A stretch of DNA of 63,751 nucleotides, filler included, from Hyphochytrium catenoides (Eukaryota > Protista > Hyphochytriomycota): the NCBI GenBank assembly GCA_900088475.1. It is 12 parts of 12 records of this genome, joined end to end, with 100 filler letters (N's around TTAATTAATTAA, not from the genome) between each part and the next. Parts side by side here need not be neighbours in the genome. Positions count along the whole stretch, not along the records: positions 48,921 to 51,309 come from FLMG01001808.1; positions 51,410 to 53,695 come from FLMG01002393.1; positions 53,796 to 54,998 come from FLMG01000792.1; positions 55,099 to 57,979 come from FLMG01004600.1; positions 58,080 to 59,863 come from FLMG01001390.1; positions 59,964 to 61,285 come from FLMG01003178.1; positions 61,386 to 62,504 come from FLMG01001287.1; 5 more parts are not named here. One strand, given 5' to 3'. Shown one piece after another: positions 51,136 through 62,604 of this stretch. Position 1 is the first letter of the stretch. Each line of letters starts with the position of its first letter. Made by a program: the position numbers and the translations under genes. A model generated the notes under the pieces. It saw only the letters and a program-made list of their open reading frames with translations, ran no database searches and was not told the DNA's origin.

Positions 51136-53664
51136 CACTTCCCATGATGACTTTACCTTGTGATAAAATCCTAGTGACTAGAACTCTGAAACACTTTGTT
51201 TTGTGTCTTCTTCCTCTTCTATTGGCTGCTGCACAAAGAAGAGGAGTTGGGGGTGGTAACTATTGATAACCTACGCCTTTCCGTGTGTGGTGCACAATAG
51301 CTCCATCTCNNNNNNNNNNNNNNNNNNNNNNNNNNNNNNNNNNNNNNNNNNNNTTAATTAATTAANNNNNNNNNNNNNNNNNNNNNNNNNNNNNNNNNNN
51401 NNNNNNNNNAGGTCGACTTCTTTAGGCCATGCCGCAGTCGCCGGGAGGGAGGTGGCGGCTGGACACCAAACGACACAGCCATCATCCGAAGAGCTGCTTC
51501 CTCTGTCCTCCGTTAGAGCGGCTGCCGCTTTACCCTACGACAAAGCATGAGCACCCGGACGAGGGATCTCGACGACCTGGGCTAAATTAAGCTTAGATCT
51601 TCGATCTCAAGGCTATGGTTGAAGCGAACTAGGTATAATGAGTACCCAGCGAGGATCATCATCAATGTAGCCAATGGGAAAGGAAATGAGTACCATTGGA
51701 GTATTAACCTCTTCGGCGACTAACGAGGAGCACGACCCTCTTTTTTAGATTCATTCAGATTCCTTTGGAAGGCCGCAGGAAACAACGTTCATTTTCCGCA
51801 CGCGACACACCATATTCAGCGATATGGAAAGCCTGCCGTGAGATTTGCCAATGAGATGACGATCATAGTATTTGATTGCATCTGTTACATATCTGATTGC
51901 ATCTGTTATTTTCTCCCATTGAAACTATTCTTCTCTTTCCCATTGGTCACATTGATCCTCGCTGTATACTCATCATCAGACCTAGAATATGAGTTCACTG
52001 GTATGGTACTACTTTTAGTCATCCTGTTTTCTCTTCTCACGTCTGCTCTCTTTTTTCCGGTCAGATGATTATGTCGGCTTTGCCAGACTTGCACAGCCAC
52101 ATTGCACACTATTGTCGGAAGGGGAAGAGCATACGCAGCGACGTGCAAGACTCCTGCCGGAAGGGATACGACGCATACACTTTCATAAGGGCTACGTTTC
52201 GCGGCGAAGTGACAATTGGCTATGTGGGCATAGGATCCTCCTATGTATGCTAGGGCAGCTTCTGCGAGTCAAGAGTACGGCAATCACTCCCAGATTTTAA
52301 TGTAGGGGAGTACCTCCTTCATGGACGTAACACAGCTTGATCTCGCCGACGAGGAGGACTGTGTTACGTCCATGCCGAACGTACTTCCATATATTTATAT
52401 GGGTGGATCGCCAAATATGGTCCAATGGCCGTCAATGCGGATCATAACGCTCTACATAAATTCACTTGATGAATTATATGTGGCTTTCACTTCAGCACCA
52501 CTAACTCTCATGTATGTAAATTTATTGAGAGCGATATGATCTGCATTGTCGGATGATGTGCGAGCTCTTCTTACCCATGCATGAAAGATAGAGAGCCATG
52601 TCATGAAGTGGTGCATGATAGGGCTCCTATGGCTGTGCTGGCCAGAAGACTAGACAACATACATTTATAAAGTATACGTCAGCCAGAGGGAGTTGATTAA
52701 CATGAAGATGGCCATTTTTCTCTCTAAATGCCTGTCGAAGAAAGCGCTGAGAATGATGATAGGGTAGACACGACAGGGAGCGAATAAGGAGTGGTTGCGA
52801 TAGTATTCCTCACTCCTACTTCTCATACTTTTGTGATTCTGTCTCCTTTGTCCCTTTTCTTTCTCCTACTCTCTCCTTCTTCTCGCCTGTCTCTCGTCCT
52901 CGTCTTCTCTCTCTTTCCCTCCCTCTCCCTCCCTCTACTCTCTGTTCCCTCGATCACTTATCTATCTTTCAATCTACTCGATACTCCCTTCAGTCTCCTA
53001 CCTAGGTCTGGAGATCGTGCCGTCTTATCCGCATTGTCAAAGTAGAAGGTCAGCACAAACCTCAGCTGCTGCTCTAGTGTACATAAAGCCATCAAGAAAA
53101 CAAGCAAGATGCACAGCTCCTTTCTCGTCTCAACCAACCTGAGAACTATCACCAGAAAGGTGCTCTAAGAAGAAGATAGCGAACCTCGTCTCCACCACTT
53201 GTTCCCTTCTCTTAAGGACGAGTGTTCAAGAATCGCCGCTTCTTATTGGTGTAAGGATCGGAGGAGAGATGATGCAGCATAGCTCGACGGGGCTCACCAA
53301 CTAGAAGTCAGATCATCGTCATGCTTCCATCCTTCTTGTCAGACGTTCGGGTGATTTTAACAAAATGCATGGAGATGCGGCACCCGAAGGCCATCTCTGA
53401 TGATGTCTGGATCTCTGGGAGTAGGAAAAGATCCCTCTCCTCCTGATCATCCTGCGCCAAGACTCACCTCAGCCTTTGAGTGCAGGATACCGCGCAGGAT
53501 TGTACGACTATAAGTACAGCTGTACATCCAAAGAACATGCTCCAGGAGAAGGGCTGGGAGCAAAAGTTTGGGCTGTACAGTGTAGAACAGGATTCACTCG
53601 ACAAAGACAGATGGACGGACCAGTATACTGCAGCACTGTCCGCTTGAAAAAGGGAAGAAAAGAT

Positions 53665-53695
53665 TGGACTTTGGGGGGATTGAACCCCCGGCCTT
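53665..53695 (-). tRNA. 3' half of a tRNA gene, probably tRNA-Ala; 5' half lost in gap
   Basis: The minus strand reads AAGGCCGGGGGTTCAATCCCCCCAAAGTCCA: T-arm with GTTCAAT loop, acceptor 3' strand and discriminator A, followed by oligo-T. U at position 70 fits the Ala G3:U70 pair (inference, since the anticodon is not visible). Confidence 0.7.
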
Positions 53696-54164
53696 NNNNN
53701 NNNNNNNNNNNNNNNNNNNNNNNNNNNNNNNNNNNNNNNTTAATTAATTAANNNNNNNNNNNNNNNNNNNNNNNNNNNNNNNNNNNNNNNNNNNNGTACT
53801 GCCTCATGGGGGCCGAGACCCAGACACTTCGGCGAGAATGGTAAGGCCCAAACAGGCAGGAGGCTCTCCAACTACCACTCTCAAACGTTCGCTAGGCCAA
53901 GTGCCCACATAACAGACTGCTACGGACCTAATCTCTGTCCCCCAAGAGCCTCCTCCAGCTTGACCCAGCTTTGCCTCAACGAGAGCTCCCAGGCTAGTTT
54001 TGTCAAGCGCCAGTTTGATAGCCAGAGCCAGAGGCTTGTCATAAACTGCATGCTCTATCACGTCATCCAGGTGAGCAGAAGGTAATAATTCAGTACTCTG
54101 ATAGTAATCTTTGCTGAAAACTACGCCGGACTCAGCTAGCCTGACAAGTAGACTGGAACATACG

Positions 54165-54998
54165 TGGGCACCTAGGCGTCGACACCAAGAGCAAGAACCA
54201 AGTGGTCTCCGAAGCCGGTACCTAAGGCTGGCATTTAGGCTGGCCCTAAGGATGGGAATTGGCACACACCTAGTAGGTTAGCACCAGGTGTGGCCTGCCA
54301 GCCTGGATGACAAATTACGATGACAACTAAAGCTGGTAGTGAGTATGACAGGTACTTGGCTTCAACGTTATACTGCTATGAGGCTTGGCATCTTCTAAGC
54401 TGCTACATGCCGCTTAGTATTAGGGTTTATAACCTAAGCAAGATAGCAACTAAGTGTGATCTTAAGGGTGGCACCTAGGCCGACACCGAGGGAAGTTGAC
54501 GCTAATAGACCGAGGGCAGAAGATCAGCAATAATGCTGGTACTTAACTATTACGTTCGCCTAAAGACCGGAGCTAAGAACAGACTGGCACCTCCAATATT
54601 TATCTAGGCAGCCACCTATCCTGGCGCCGGGGCTGATACCAAGGAGGCCAATTAAGCTATATCTGCGACTGCTGGCGATCTGAGGTGCTGGACACCTTGG
54701 GTCGTATCTAAGCGGGCAATAACTGATGGCACCACGCCATGCAATCAAGTGGCCTCCTAGGCTAATACCTATTTGCCCTAGTACCGAGATTGAGACGTAC
54801 GCTGCAAGTTTGACTAATACTTACCGAGGCTGGCAGCCAGACTGGCATCAAAACCAACTCCAAAACCCCAAGGCGTATACATCTTGACACCGACAATGGT
54901 CTTTTCCGGCCTACAGCTGCCATTTGAGGCCGACAACTCTAAGTTGCTGGTACTTATTGGCTGGCACCTACGCTCGCACGTCGTAGGCTGGCATCGAG
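54165..54998. repeat. Degenerate array of (G)CTGGCA(C/T) / CCTAGG / GACACC motifs
   Basis: About 11 irregularly spaced TGGCA-core motifs, plus repeated CCTAGGC(C)GACACC-like and GCTGGTACTTA words. Confidence 0.45.
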
Positions 54999-55369
54999 NN
55001 NNNNNNNNNNNNNNNNNNNNNNNNNNNNNNNNNNNNNNNNNNTTAATTAATTAANNNNNNNNNNNNNNNNNNNNNNNNNNNNNNNNNNNNNNNNNNNNGG
55101 ATAAGGGAAATCGTCGTGGGAAATTTTGCGACTTGTAGGAGCCCAGAAGGATGAGTAGAACAAGCAAGAGAGAAGCAGCAGCGCAAAAACTAATTGCAAG
55201 GAGGTCAAAGTATATGATGCACTTCCCGAGAAAGCGTCGCTCCCATGGAAGTCTCTCTCTCTCTCTTCAAGCAGCGTCCGATTCTCTGGCTCCTCTCTCT
55301 TTCCGCTCTCCTCGCTAGACAAGAAGAGAAGCGGTCGCCAGAGGCACAGAGAGGAGTTAACACTCCTAG

Positions 55370-55656
55370 ACTTCCTCCTCGACAATGATGTGTAAGCTTC
55401 CGTCATGAGGAGAAGTTGCATCTGCTGCTTCCATTCAACATAATTTGCAGCTCCTGTCACCTTCTTAATGGAAGTGGAGAGGGAAGACGTGGAGGAGTCC
55501 ATGATGATGGTAGATGTCTTGGTAAAAGAAGAGCGGGCCTTTAATAACCTGGTGATATGGCACAGTTGGTTGGAAGCTCAGGAGAGCTTGATAGACTAGG
55601 AGTCCGTAAGTACTATAAAGCCTAAATATGCAAAGTAATGAGAGTTGATTTCAACA
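55370..55656 (-). mobile_element. Ty1/copia 5' remnant: short LTR (~55550-55656), PBS-like site, gag N-terminus
   Basis: TGTTGA...TCACCA putative LTR, then GGTTATTAAAGGCCC (variant of the GGTTATGGGCCC PBS), then MDSSTSSLSTSIKKVTGAANYVEWKQQMQLLL (copia gag NY..W...M motif). Confidence 0.7.
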
Positions 55657-57125
55657 GCGAAAGCAGAGAGAGAAACACTTTAGGGAAGAGAGAGAACGGA
55701 GAGTGTTAGAATTATTTGTATGGTCACCACCAAGGGATCCGTCGCCTCAGAAAAGAGAATCGGCATTGAATTGGTGGTCAGAAGGAAGGGAAGTAAAGTC
55801 AGAAAAGAGAAAAGGTTCATGAAGTAAGAACTAATTTCTAGAGGAACTAATGAAGAAAGAAAGTAGGACAAGCAATCAAGGAGAAGAGTAGTATTCCTTG
55901 CATACAGACCCTGAAAGAAAAGGGTCCTCAACAGGAGCTTCTCTAGAAGGAGTGAAACGTGCAAGGGCTTGACCTGGTAGGCACTAGCCACAGAAGCGAA
56001 AGGAGAAACCAAATGAGAGACAATCTAAAAGGAGAGGTACCAGAAATCACCACCGATAATAGAACAAGGAGCTAGACTATCAAAAGGGAACAGAGAGTGG
56101 GAATGATCGAAAGAGGTGAAGTAAAGAGAGAGGGTGAAAGAGATCGTGTGAAAGACAAAGGAAGGACAAGTTTTGAGAGAAGGGACAGCAGGCCCCTAGC
56201 TCCTCGCTTGCTTGAGCAGAGATGCAGCGGGGGTCAGGTGCTAGGCCTTCTAATGCAAGGAAGGAGGTAGTCCTTCCCTCCCTCCTCCCGCCACACGCTA
56301 CTAGCCTTCCGTTCTTCAGTGGCTCTGTCTCTCTTCCTCTACATCTTCACCTCCACACCTCTCTTCCCTCGCCAGGTAACAGAAGGGGACCCACAAAAGA
56401 GTATGTAGTAACCCTTCTCCACGTTTGCCTGTCACTATGATAGAATCTGTACTCCCAATGCACGTGAAACATTTGGCCCTACATGTAGTTTACTGCGGAA
56501 CCTAACTGGTGTTCTTCCTCTCTTGCGCTCTCGCCTCTTTCTTCTTCTTGCCCTTCATTATCTCCGTAATCTAAGAGACCAGAGTCGGGTCTTGAAGGAG
56601 AGTGAGAAGGTGNNNNNNNNNNNNNNNNNNNNNNNNNNNNNNNNNNNNNNNNNNNNNNACCACCGTCTGCCTGTCACCCTTTACCATCTTGCGAGTGCAA
56701 CGAACGGCAGGGAAAAGAGGCGTATGTTTGCAAGAACGTCTAGTAACTGCTGATAGGTTGTTGACTTGCCACCAAACATACGAGCAAAAGCATTAATGAA
56801 ACACCTCTTCCGACATGTTCGCTGCTCACATTTGATCTGTTGCAGCTATCACTGCCTTTGTTGGAGCGCCTAATGTTTGCCTCCCGCTCGCTCGCGTTCA
56901 CTGATATGTTCACGAACAGAGCAGAATGGGAGGGAGCATCACGGAAAGACAGTTTGGCGTTCCTACATTTGTCACCGAACTTTCGCCTTCTGAGCATTTA
57001 TCCTTTAATAGAAATCACTTCTTACCGTGTTTGCCTTCGTTACCTCTCGACTATGATAAAAGGTTCCATCCCATCTTGGGGTTGGACCTCTTGTCCCCAT
57101 AGGTCCTAGCAAAAGGGATCATCAG

Positions 57126-57404
57126 ACGGGAGGGGGTGACAGAGGGGATTGCCCCTGTGCTAAGCTCTACTAAAAATGTAAGGAGTTGGTCAGACCGTTG
57201 CCTATCAAAGACGACCAATCTCTGCCTTACCTTTCTCCTCGCTTCTCTGTTCTAGCAGTTATCTAGTTCTACTACACTCTGCTTTGCTCTCCGAAGAGTA
57301 CAATGCTATGGGGGTTTCTGCCGTGATCTCGACAGCTTGTTGAGAGGACCACGAGAGAAGACACTGCACCCCAAAAAAGCATCACCGTGATCCCCTCTGT
57401 TTTA
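57126..57404 (+). mobile_element. PPT plus putative 3' LTR of an LTR retrotransposon
   Basis: Purine tract GGGAGGGGG directly precedes TGACAGAGGGGAT (57137). The matching inverted terminus ATCCCCTCTGT is at 57390-57400. Confidence 0.5.
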
Positions 57405-60400
57405 CCCAGACAGAGGGAGACGGATTAGAGAAGAGAACAACGAGAGACCGAGACACACACAAACACAGGGAGAAAGAAAGAGCCAAGTAGGGAGGCCGCG
57501 GGATAGTCGCGATAATAGCAGCAACGCATGGAGCCTTCACACACCTCGCCCCTTCCCCAAAAACCCACGGGAGTACCTATTCTGGAAAAGGATGGAAAGA
57601 AAGGAGCCCGTGCAGATCGCTTTAATAGGAAAAACAGAGACAAGGGAGAATGGTAACGACAAACAATTGGTCCTTTCTTGCCGTACCAATGACAGCGTCC
57701 GGAAGTCGTCCCTCCAAGCAGAAAAAGAAAATCATCAGAGAGGATAGCCATAGAATATCCTAGCAGACATTGTGCAACGAAGGAGTGCGAAAGAGAAATG
57801 ATGGAGAGTAGAGAAGAAGAAAAAAGAAAGAGTCGAGACCCTAGGAGAGGGGTAAGGACCGTACGGTATGAGTGGCCTGCGAATGGCGGCAGCGGACAAG
57901 ACATACAAGGTCAGTAATAATGAGGAAAAAGTAGAGAACGGAGAAGAAAGAACAGAGGACAATAGAGAGACGCGGCAGANNNNNNNNNNNNNNNNNNNNN
58001 NNNNNNNNNNNNNNNNNNNNNNNTTAATTAATTAANNNNNNNNNNNNNNNNNNNNNNNNNNNNNNNNNNNNNNNNNNNNTTAGCATAGTACAAGGTGCCT
58101 ACACTTTCTACCAGCACGCTAAAAGATCCTAGTCAGTTTATGAATAGTCTCGACTTTCCCTCCTAGCACCGGCTCATTAGCAGGGAATCGGACATGTTCT
58201 ACTGCAGAGTCAGTTTCTCTGCGCTCTGGTTCTTTAATCAATTTCTCTGAACGCTGTGCACAGTCAGGCCCTGAAAGCGTTCAGACGCGCTTGCTCTTAC
58301 GTCTATGGCGTACGGACACTTGCCTCTTTTCCTGCCAAACTTTAGACTAAAATAGGAGCGCTAGCCATTGCCTTCTCTCCATAATCTTTGTCGTCGTAGT
58401 TGATGATTCCCTCCACAATCTTTGTCGTCGATTGGCTCCATATGGGTTCACATTTTGCTGGACTGACTGCCTACAGCACTGCAGTTCCTTCAGTTATTCT
58501 TGTTCCTGCCATCCGGACTATGAGTGGCGCAGCTTTCCTTTGGAGGCATGATCAAGACCTTCTCCTATCTTGCTTTGTACTACTTGAGGATAAACCAAAC
58601 ATCACCGATATCACGCGGCCCTTCCACTCTTTTAGCTCCTCACTGCACTCATTCCTCCTGTTGCTTCCGACTGGGTCTCTAGCCTCGCATCCTTATTTGA
58701 CTTCCCACCTGCTTGGACTTGTACATGTCAGCCCAACAATGACATTCTGGCATCGCATTGCGACGAAGATCCCACCACCAACAAGTCTTGAACAGACATT
58801 GCCGCTCAAAGATCTACTTGTACCAAAGTTTTCTATGCCTGACCCTAGCTCATTAGCCATCCGGGATTCATCCCAGATCTGCGTAACAGTAGATGCCTTG
58901 CGTCTTCAGTGCTCATCTGGGTGCTGATGGAGTTTTGATTGTCTGTCTGTTTCCTTGAGCAGCGGCGCGCGATAAATATACTTCTTCTGAACGATTCTCC
59001 ATGGCCAGACGGTAGCATTCAGAAGGAAAGGCTTTATTATCAAGGATAAGAAGGATTTCCTGCTTGTACTGGAAACCTTCGCAAATTACGCTTGCACGAA
59101 TATTTCTTTTGCCACCCAAATATAACTCGCTCTGAAACATTTCATTTATAAAATACATATAGATATCACATCTGTACAACTAGAGATGTACAAGTACCTA
59201 TATATTTCATAGGACAATACCTTGCAAGATAGAGACCGTCCTAAAAAGAAGCAGAGGCCGTAAAATAAGATCAGAGCGCTTCACCGCCCGCGCTCCAAAT
59301 CTTGGTTTCTGGTCAAAAATCATGGGGTTTGGGGGCTGGGGCTGCTTCCTCTGTATTTTCGAGTGGCGAAAATTGGCAAATGGGAATTTGCGGTCTCTGC
59401 AACAGGTCGAGGAGACTGCAGATTCTCTGGATGAAGATTTGGCTGCTTGATACTGCGAAGAATTGCTTGCATTAATTGCTGGACCTGGGATGCTTGATAA
59501 AAAGTGAGGCTGGAAATGTGCTTGAACGTCATAACTGTCCTTTAAGGGAGAGACGAGGTGTTGCATCCAACGATAGTTGACGGAAAGAGACTACTGCTCC
59601 TTTTGCTGTTACGTCCTACGGGACGAAACGTGCTTCTCCCTAGTGATGTCGGCTGGTAGTCCAGGGAACCCTGACGGATAGATGCAGCCGAGGCACTGTA
59701 GGAGTGCTGGATTGGTTTAGCTGCCCGGTCAAGGGAGGTGGAAGGAGAAATAAGGGAGGATGGAGCCGCCCTCTGCTGTACCAGAGTGGATGCAAGGGCC
59801 AAAGACCTTCCGCCTCTCGGACCTCATACATCGTGCTGTGGACCGGAGTTATGAAGACTTAGTNNNNNNNNNNNNNNNNNNNNNNNNNNNNNNNNNNNNN
59901 NNNNNNNTTAATTAATTAANNNNNNNNNNNNNNNNNNNNNNNNNNNNNNNNNNNNNNNNNNNNCCGAGAGCAAGGCTTCTAGAGACTCAGATGACAGAAG
60001 AGCAAGAAAGAGCAGCAGAAATTCGCTCAGGGTATACCAGAGAACAATGGGACAGGCCTGTAAACAAATTTTCCGCATTTATTGGTATGCTCTGTCTTCT
60101 TGACTCTCCATACTGGAGGAGCCTTCTCTTCATCGGCCGACGTGCAGCTTTCTCTTTCCATTACTATGATCATCTTTCATCGTAGATCTTTATCTTGACC
60201 GTCCTCCCTGTTCAACTTCTTCACTCCGTTACTCGTTCTTGCTGACATCTGCGTCGATATACACAGGAGAGCTTGTCCGAGGATGCTACACCGAGGTAAG
60301 CTACTGCAGGTATCTCTCATTTTTCTCGCTTAACCCCATACGTTTTCATTTATTTTTCTCTAAGATGCAATCGCTGTCATGTCGGTGTTCCACTCGCTGG

Positions 60401-61729
60401 CTGGACCCAGTTGTCACTGGACCCAGATCCTCACCCGACTTTTGCGGTCGCCGACTGTTCTTATCTTGTCCCTGCATGATCCCTCTGTTTGCCTAGGTTG
60501 TCCCTGTAGCAGTCTCTCTTCTCCTACTAGCCCTTGGGGCTCAGGCTTGGGTCTGGGTGTGGCAGCACCACGGACTGCCTGGAGCGGTAGATAACACCTC
60601 GCCGTTTCCTGCTTTTTACTGTCTCCTAAATCCTCTGGAGCATATAGCTCTCTTTTTAGATAGCAGGTAAGGTGCTCTCCATATTGAGACATATTATAAG
60701 TGAATAGCCTCTTCCTCTTGCTTAACTCCGGTCACTAGTCCTCAGTCAGATCTCGTGTAGACCATTCCTCCCTCAGCTGTCATGTTCCACTCTCTCTGTC
60801 TCACCGCTACTTTGCGCCTCTTGACCTGATCTGGCGATGGGCTGATAAGTGTTTGTGGTCCAGCCAAGTGGGTCAGAGCAAAATGAAGCAGTACGATGCT
60901 CTCTCTTTGTTGGTACCTTTGCTTGCGGCACTTGTCCTGCCGTTGCGCGCCGCGAGTTCAAACCTTGCATTGGGTCAGCTACTGTGGGAGGAAGTCGCGA
61001 CATTGAGATTAGTTCTGGGTAAGTAATTAACGGCGGTGACAAGAACAGAACAAAAGAGAACTCGAGAAAGGAAAAGGACAGCATCTGTGACAGGTGGAAC
61101 AACTTGGGCACTGAATGACGGCACGCACTCTGAAGAAGGCTGCATGCAAACGTGATGTATAAGAGATACTAGGGTAGACTTAGGGACGAGCAGCTTACAT
61201 CAGATCAGCTACCTCTTCGTCATCGGTGCACTAACATCTCTTCTTTTCCTCCATCGACTCTGGGCACATTGCCTCCTCTTGTTGCNNNNNNNNNNNNNNN
61301 NNNNNNNNNNNNNNNNNNNNNNNNNNNNNTTAATTAATTAANNNNNNNNNNNNNNNNNNNNNNNNNNNNNNNNNNNNNNNNNNNNAGAGAGAGAGAGAGA
61401 GAGAGAGAGAAAAGACAATCAGAACTGATGTCTTCTTGACGAGGCGTGGCAACGGTTGAGGGCACTGAGAAGCTCCCGAGGCCGTTACACTAAGTGTAGA
61501 AAGGGCACAATATTCAGCCTCTTTAAAGGGACCGATAGGCTACATGTTATAACGTGATAGTCAGTCCTTTTGAAGCTGGTCCATTAGCGGAGGGCCTGAT
61601 CATTACATCAAATGGCTTGTAACCCTTTTTAAAGGACCACCATGCTATATAAAGGGCCTCACTCGAACTTGTGGTCCTTCAGTGAGGTTTCTCTGCTGAA
61701 AGCAGTCTCTCTCTCTTTCTCTTTCTCTT

Positions 61730-61765
<36 letters not shown>

Positions 61766-61824
61766 ACTCTCTCTTCCTTTTTCTCTCTCTCTCTCCCTCA
61801 CATCTTTGCAAGAACAACTCTCGG

Positions 61825-62282
61825 TCAAGGTGCAGAGGTTCCTGATTCTTTTCTTTCTGCTATATCTTGCTTGGTAAGGGGAGAGGGAGAGAAGCTGAGC
61901 TGCTGCGGATCTGCAGCTTTCTCTCGCACTTCTTCCGACTCTCCCGATATGCTTTCCTGCCTTTGCTTCTCTCTTTTCTTCCATGACGCTCTGAGCTGCG
62001 CCATGGATGCCTTCCGTTCAAGGACAAACCGTTTGTCTTCCATCGTAATATAGCGTTGGGGCTCACAGATCTCCTGCACGGGCCCACAAGCAGAGAGGAG
62101 AGAGAGAGACAGGAGAGAGGAAGAGAAAGAGGAGAGGGGAAAGTAAGCGTCAGGTCGGAGTTGACAGAGGAATAGACTTCCACACCGCAGGGAAGGTGCT
62201 GCTACACTGAGAGTGCTCCGACAGAGCGGAAATAGGTAGATAAACAGAAGAGAGAGTGCCCAAAGACAGAGAAGAGAGAGAG

Positions 62283-62320
<38 letters not shown>

Positions 62321-62363
62321 GGAAGCCAATAAACAGAGTGCCCAAAGACAGAGAAGAAGAAAG

Positions 62364-62403
<40 letters not shown>

Positions 62404-62504
62404 GGAAGCCAATAAAGAGATCAGATAGTGACTGTAGGAAGAGAGCGCCACAAAGCCGTACCGGCGTCTTAGAGAACACGTTCTTATATCCTCCGTCCAC
62501 GAGG
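61825..62504 (-). CDS. Cdc25-like (rhodanese-fold) phosphatase, last two exons only
   Basis: LVDGGYKNVFSKTP|EICEPQRYITMEDKRF across a GT-AG intron (~62074-62461) matches the Cdc25 C-terminal L.GGY..FF...C.P..Y..M pattern. The catalytic HCX5R is not in the window. Confidence 0.7.
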
Positions 62505-62604
62505 NNNNNNNNNNNNNNNNNNNNNNNNNNNNNNNNNNNNNNNNNNNNTTAATTAATTAANNNNNNNNNNNNNNNNNNNNNNNNNNNNNNNNNNNNNNNN
62601 NNNN

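Larger units (their letters stand above)
30224..62560. other. Eleven artificial contig-join linkers (N-run, TTAATTAATTAA, N-run)
   Basis: Identical six-frame-stop 12-mer inside N runs at 30224, 36908, 43172, 48865, 51354, 53740, 55043, 58024, 59908, 61330 and 62549. Confidence 0.97.

Noticed and set aside
51410-53400. Short ORFs suggesting a decayed gene or element
   Set aside because: No identifiable domain or consistent splice chain.
57405-61285. Possible LINE/DNA-transposon remnants
   Set aside because: Fragmented ORFs lacking diagnostic RT, endonuclease or DDE motifs cannot be assigned without a search.
30224-62560. Recurring TTAATTAATTAA palindrome as a biological repeat or CRISPR-like array
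   Set aside because: It is always embedded in N runs, so it is an assembly linker with stops in six frames.
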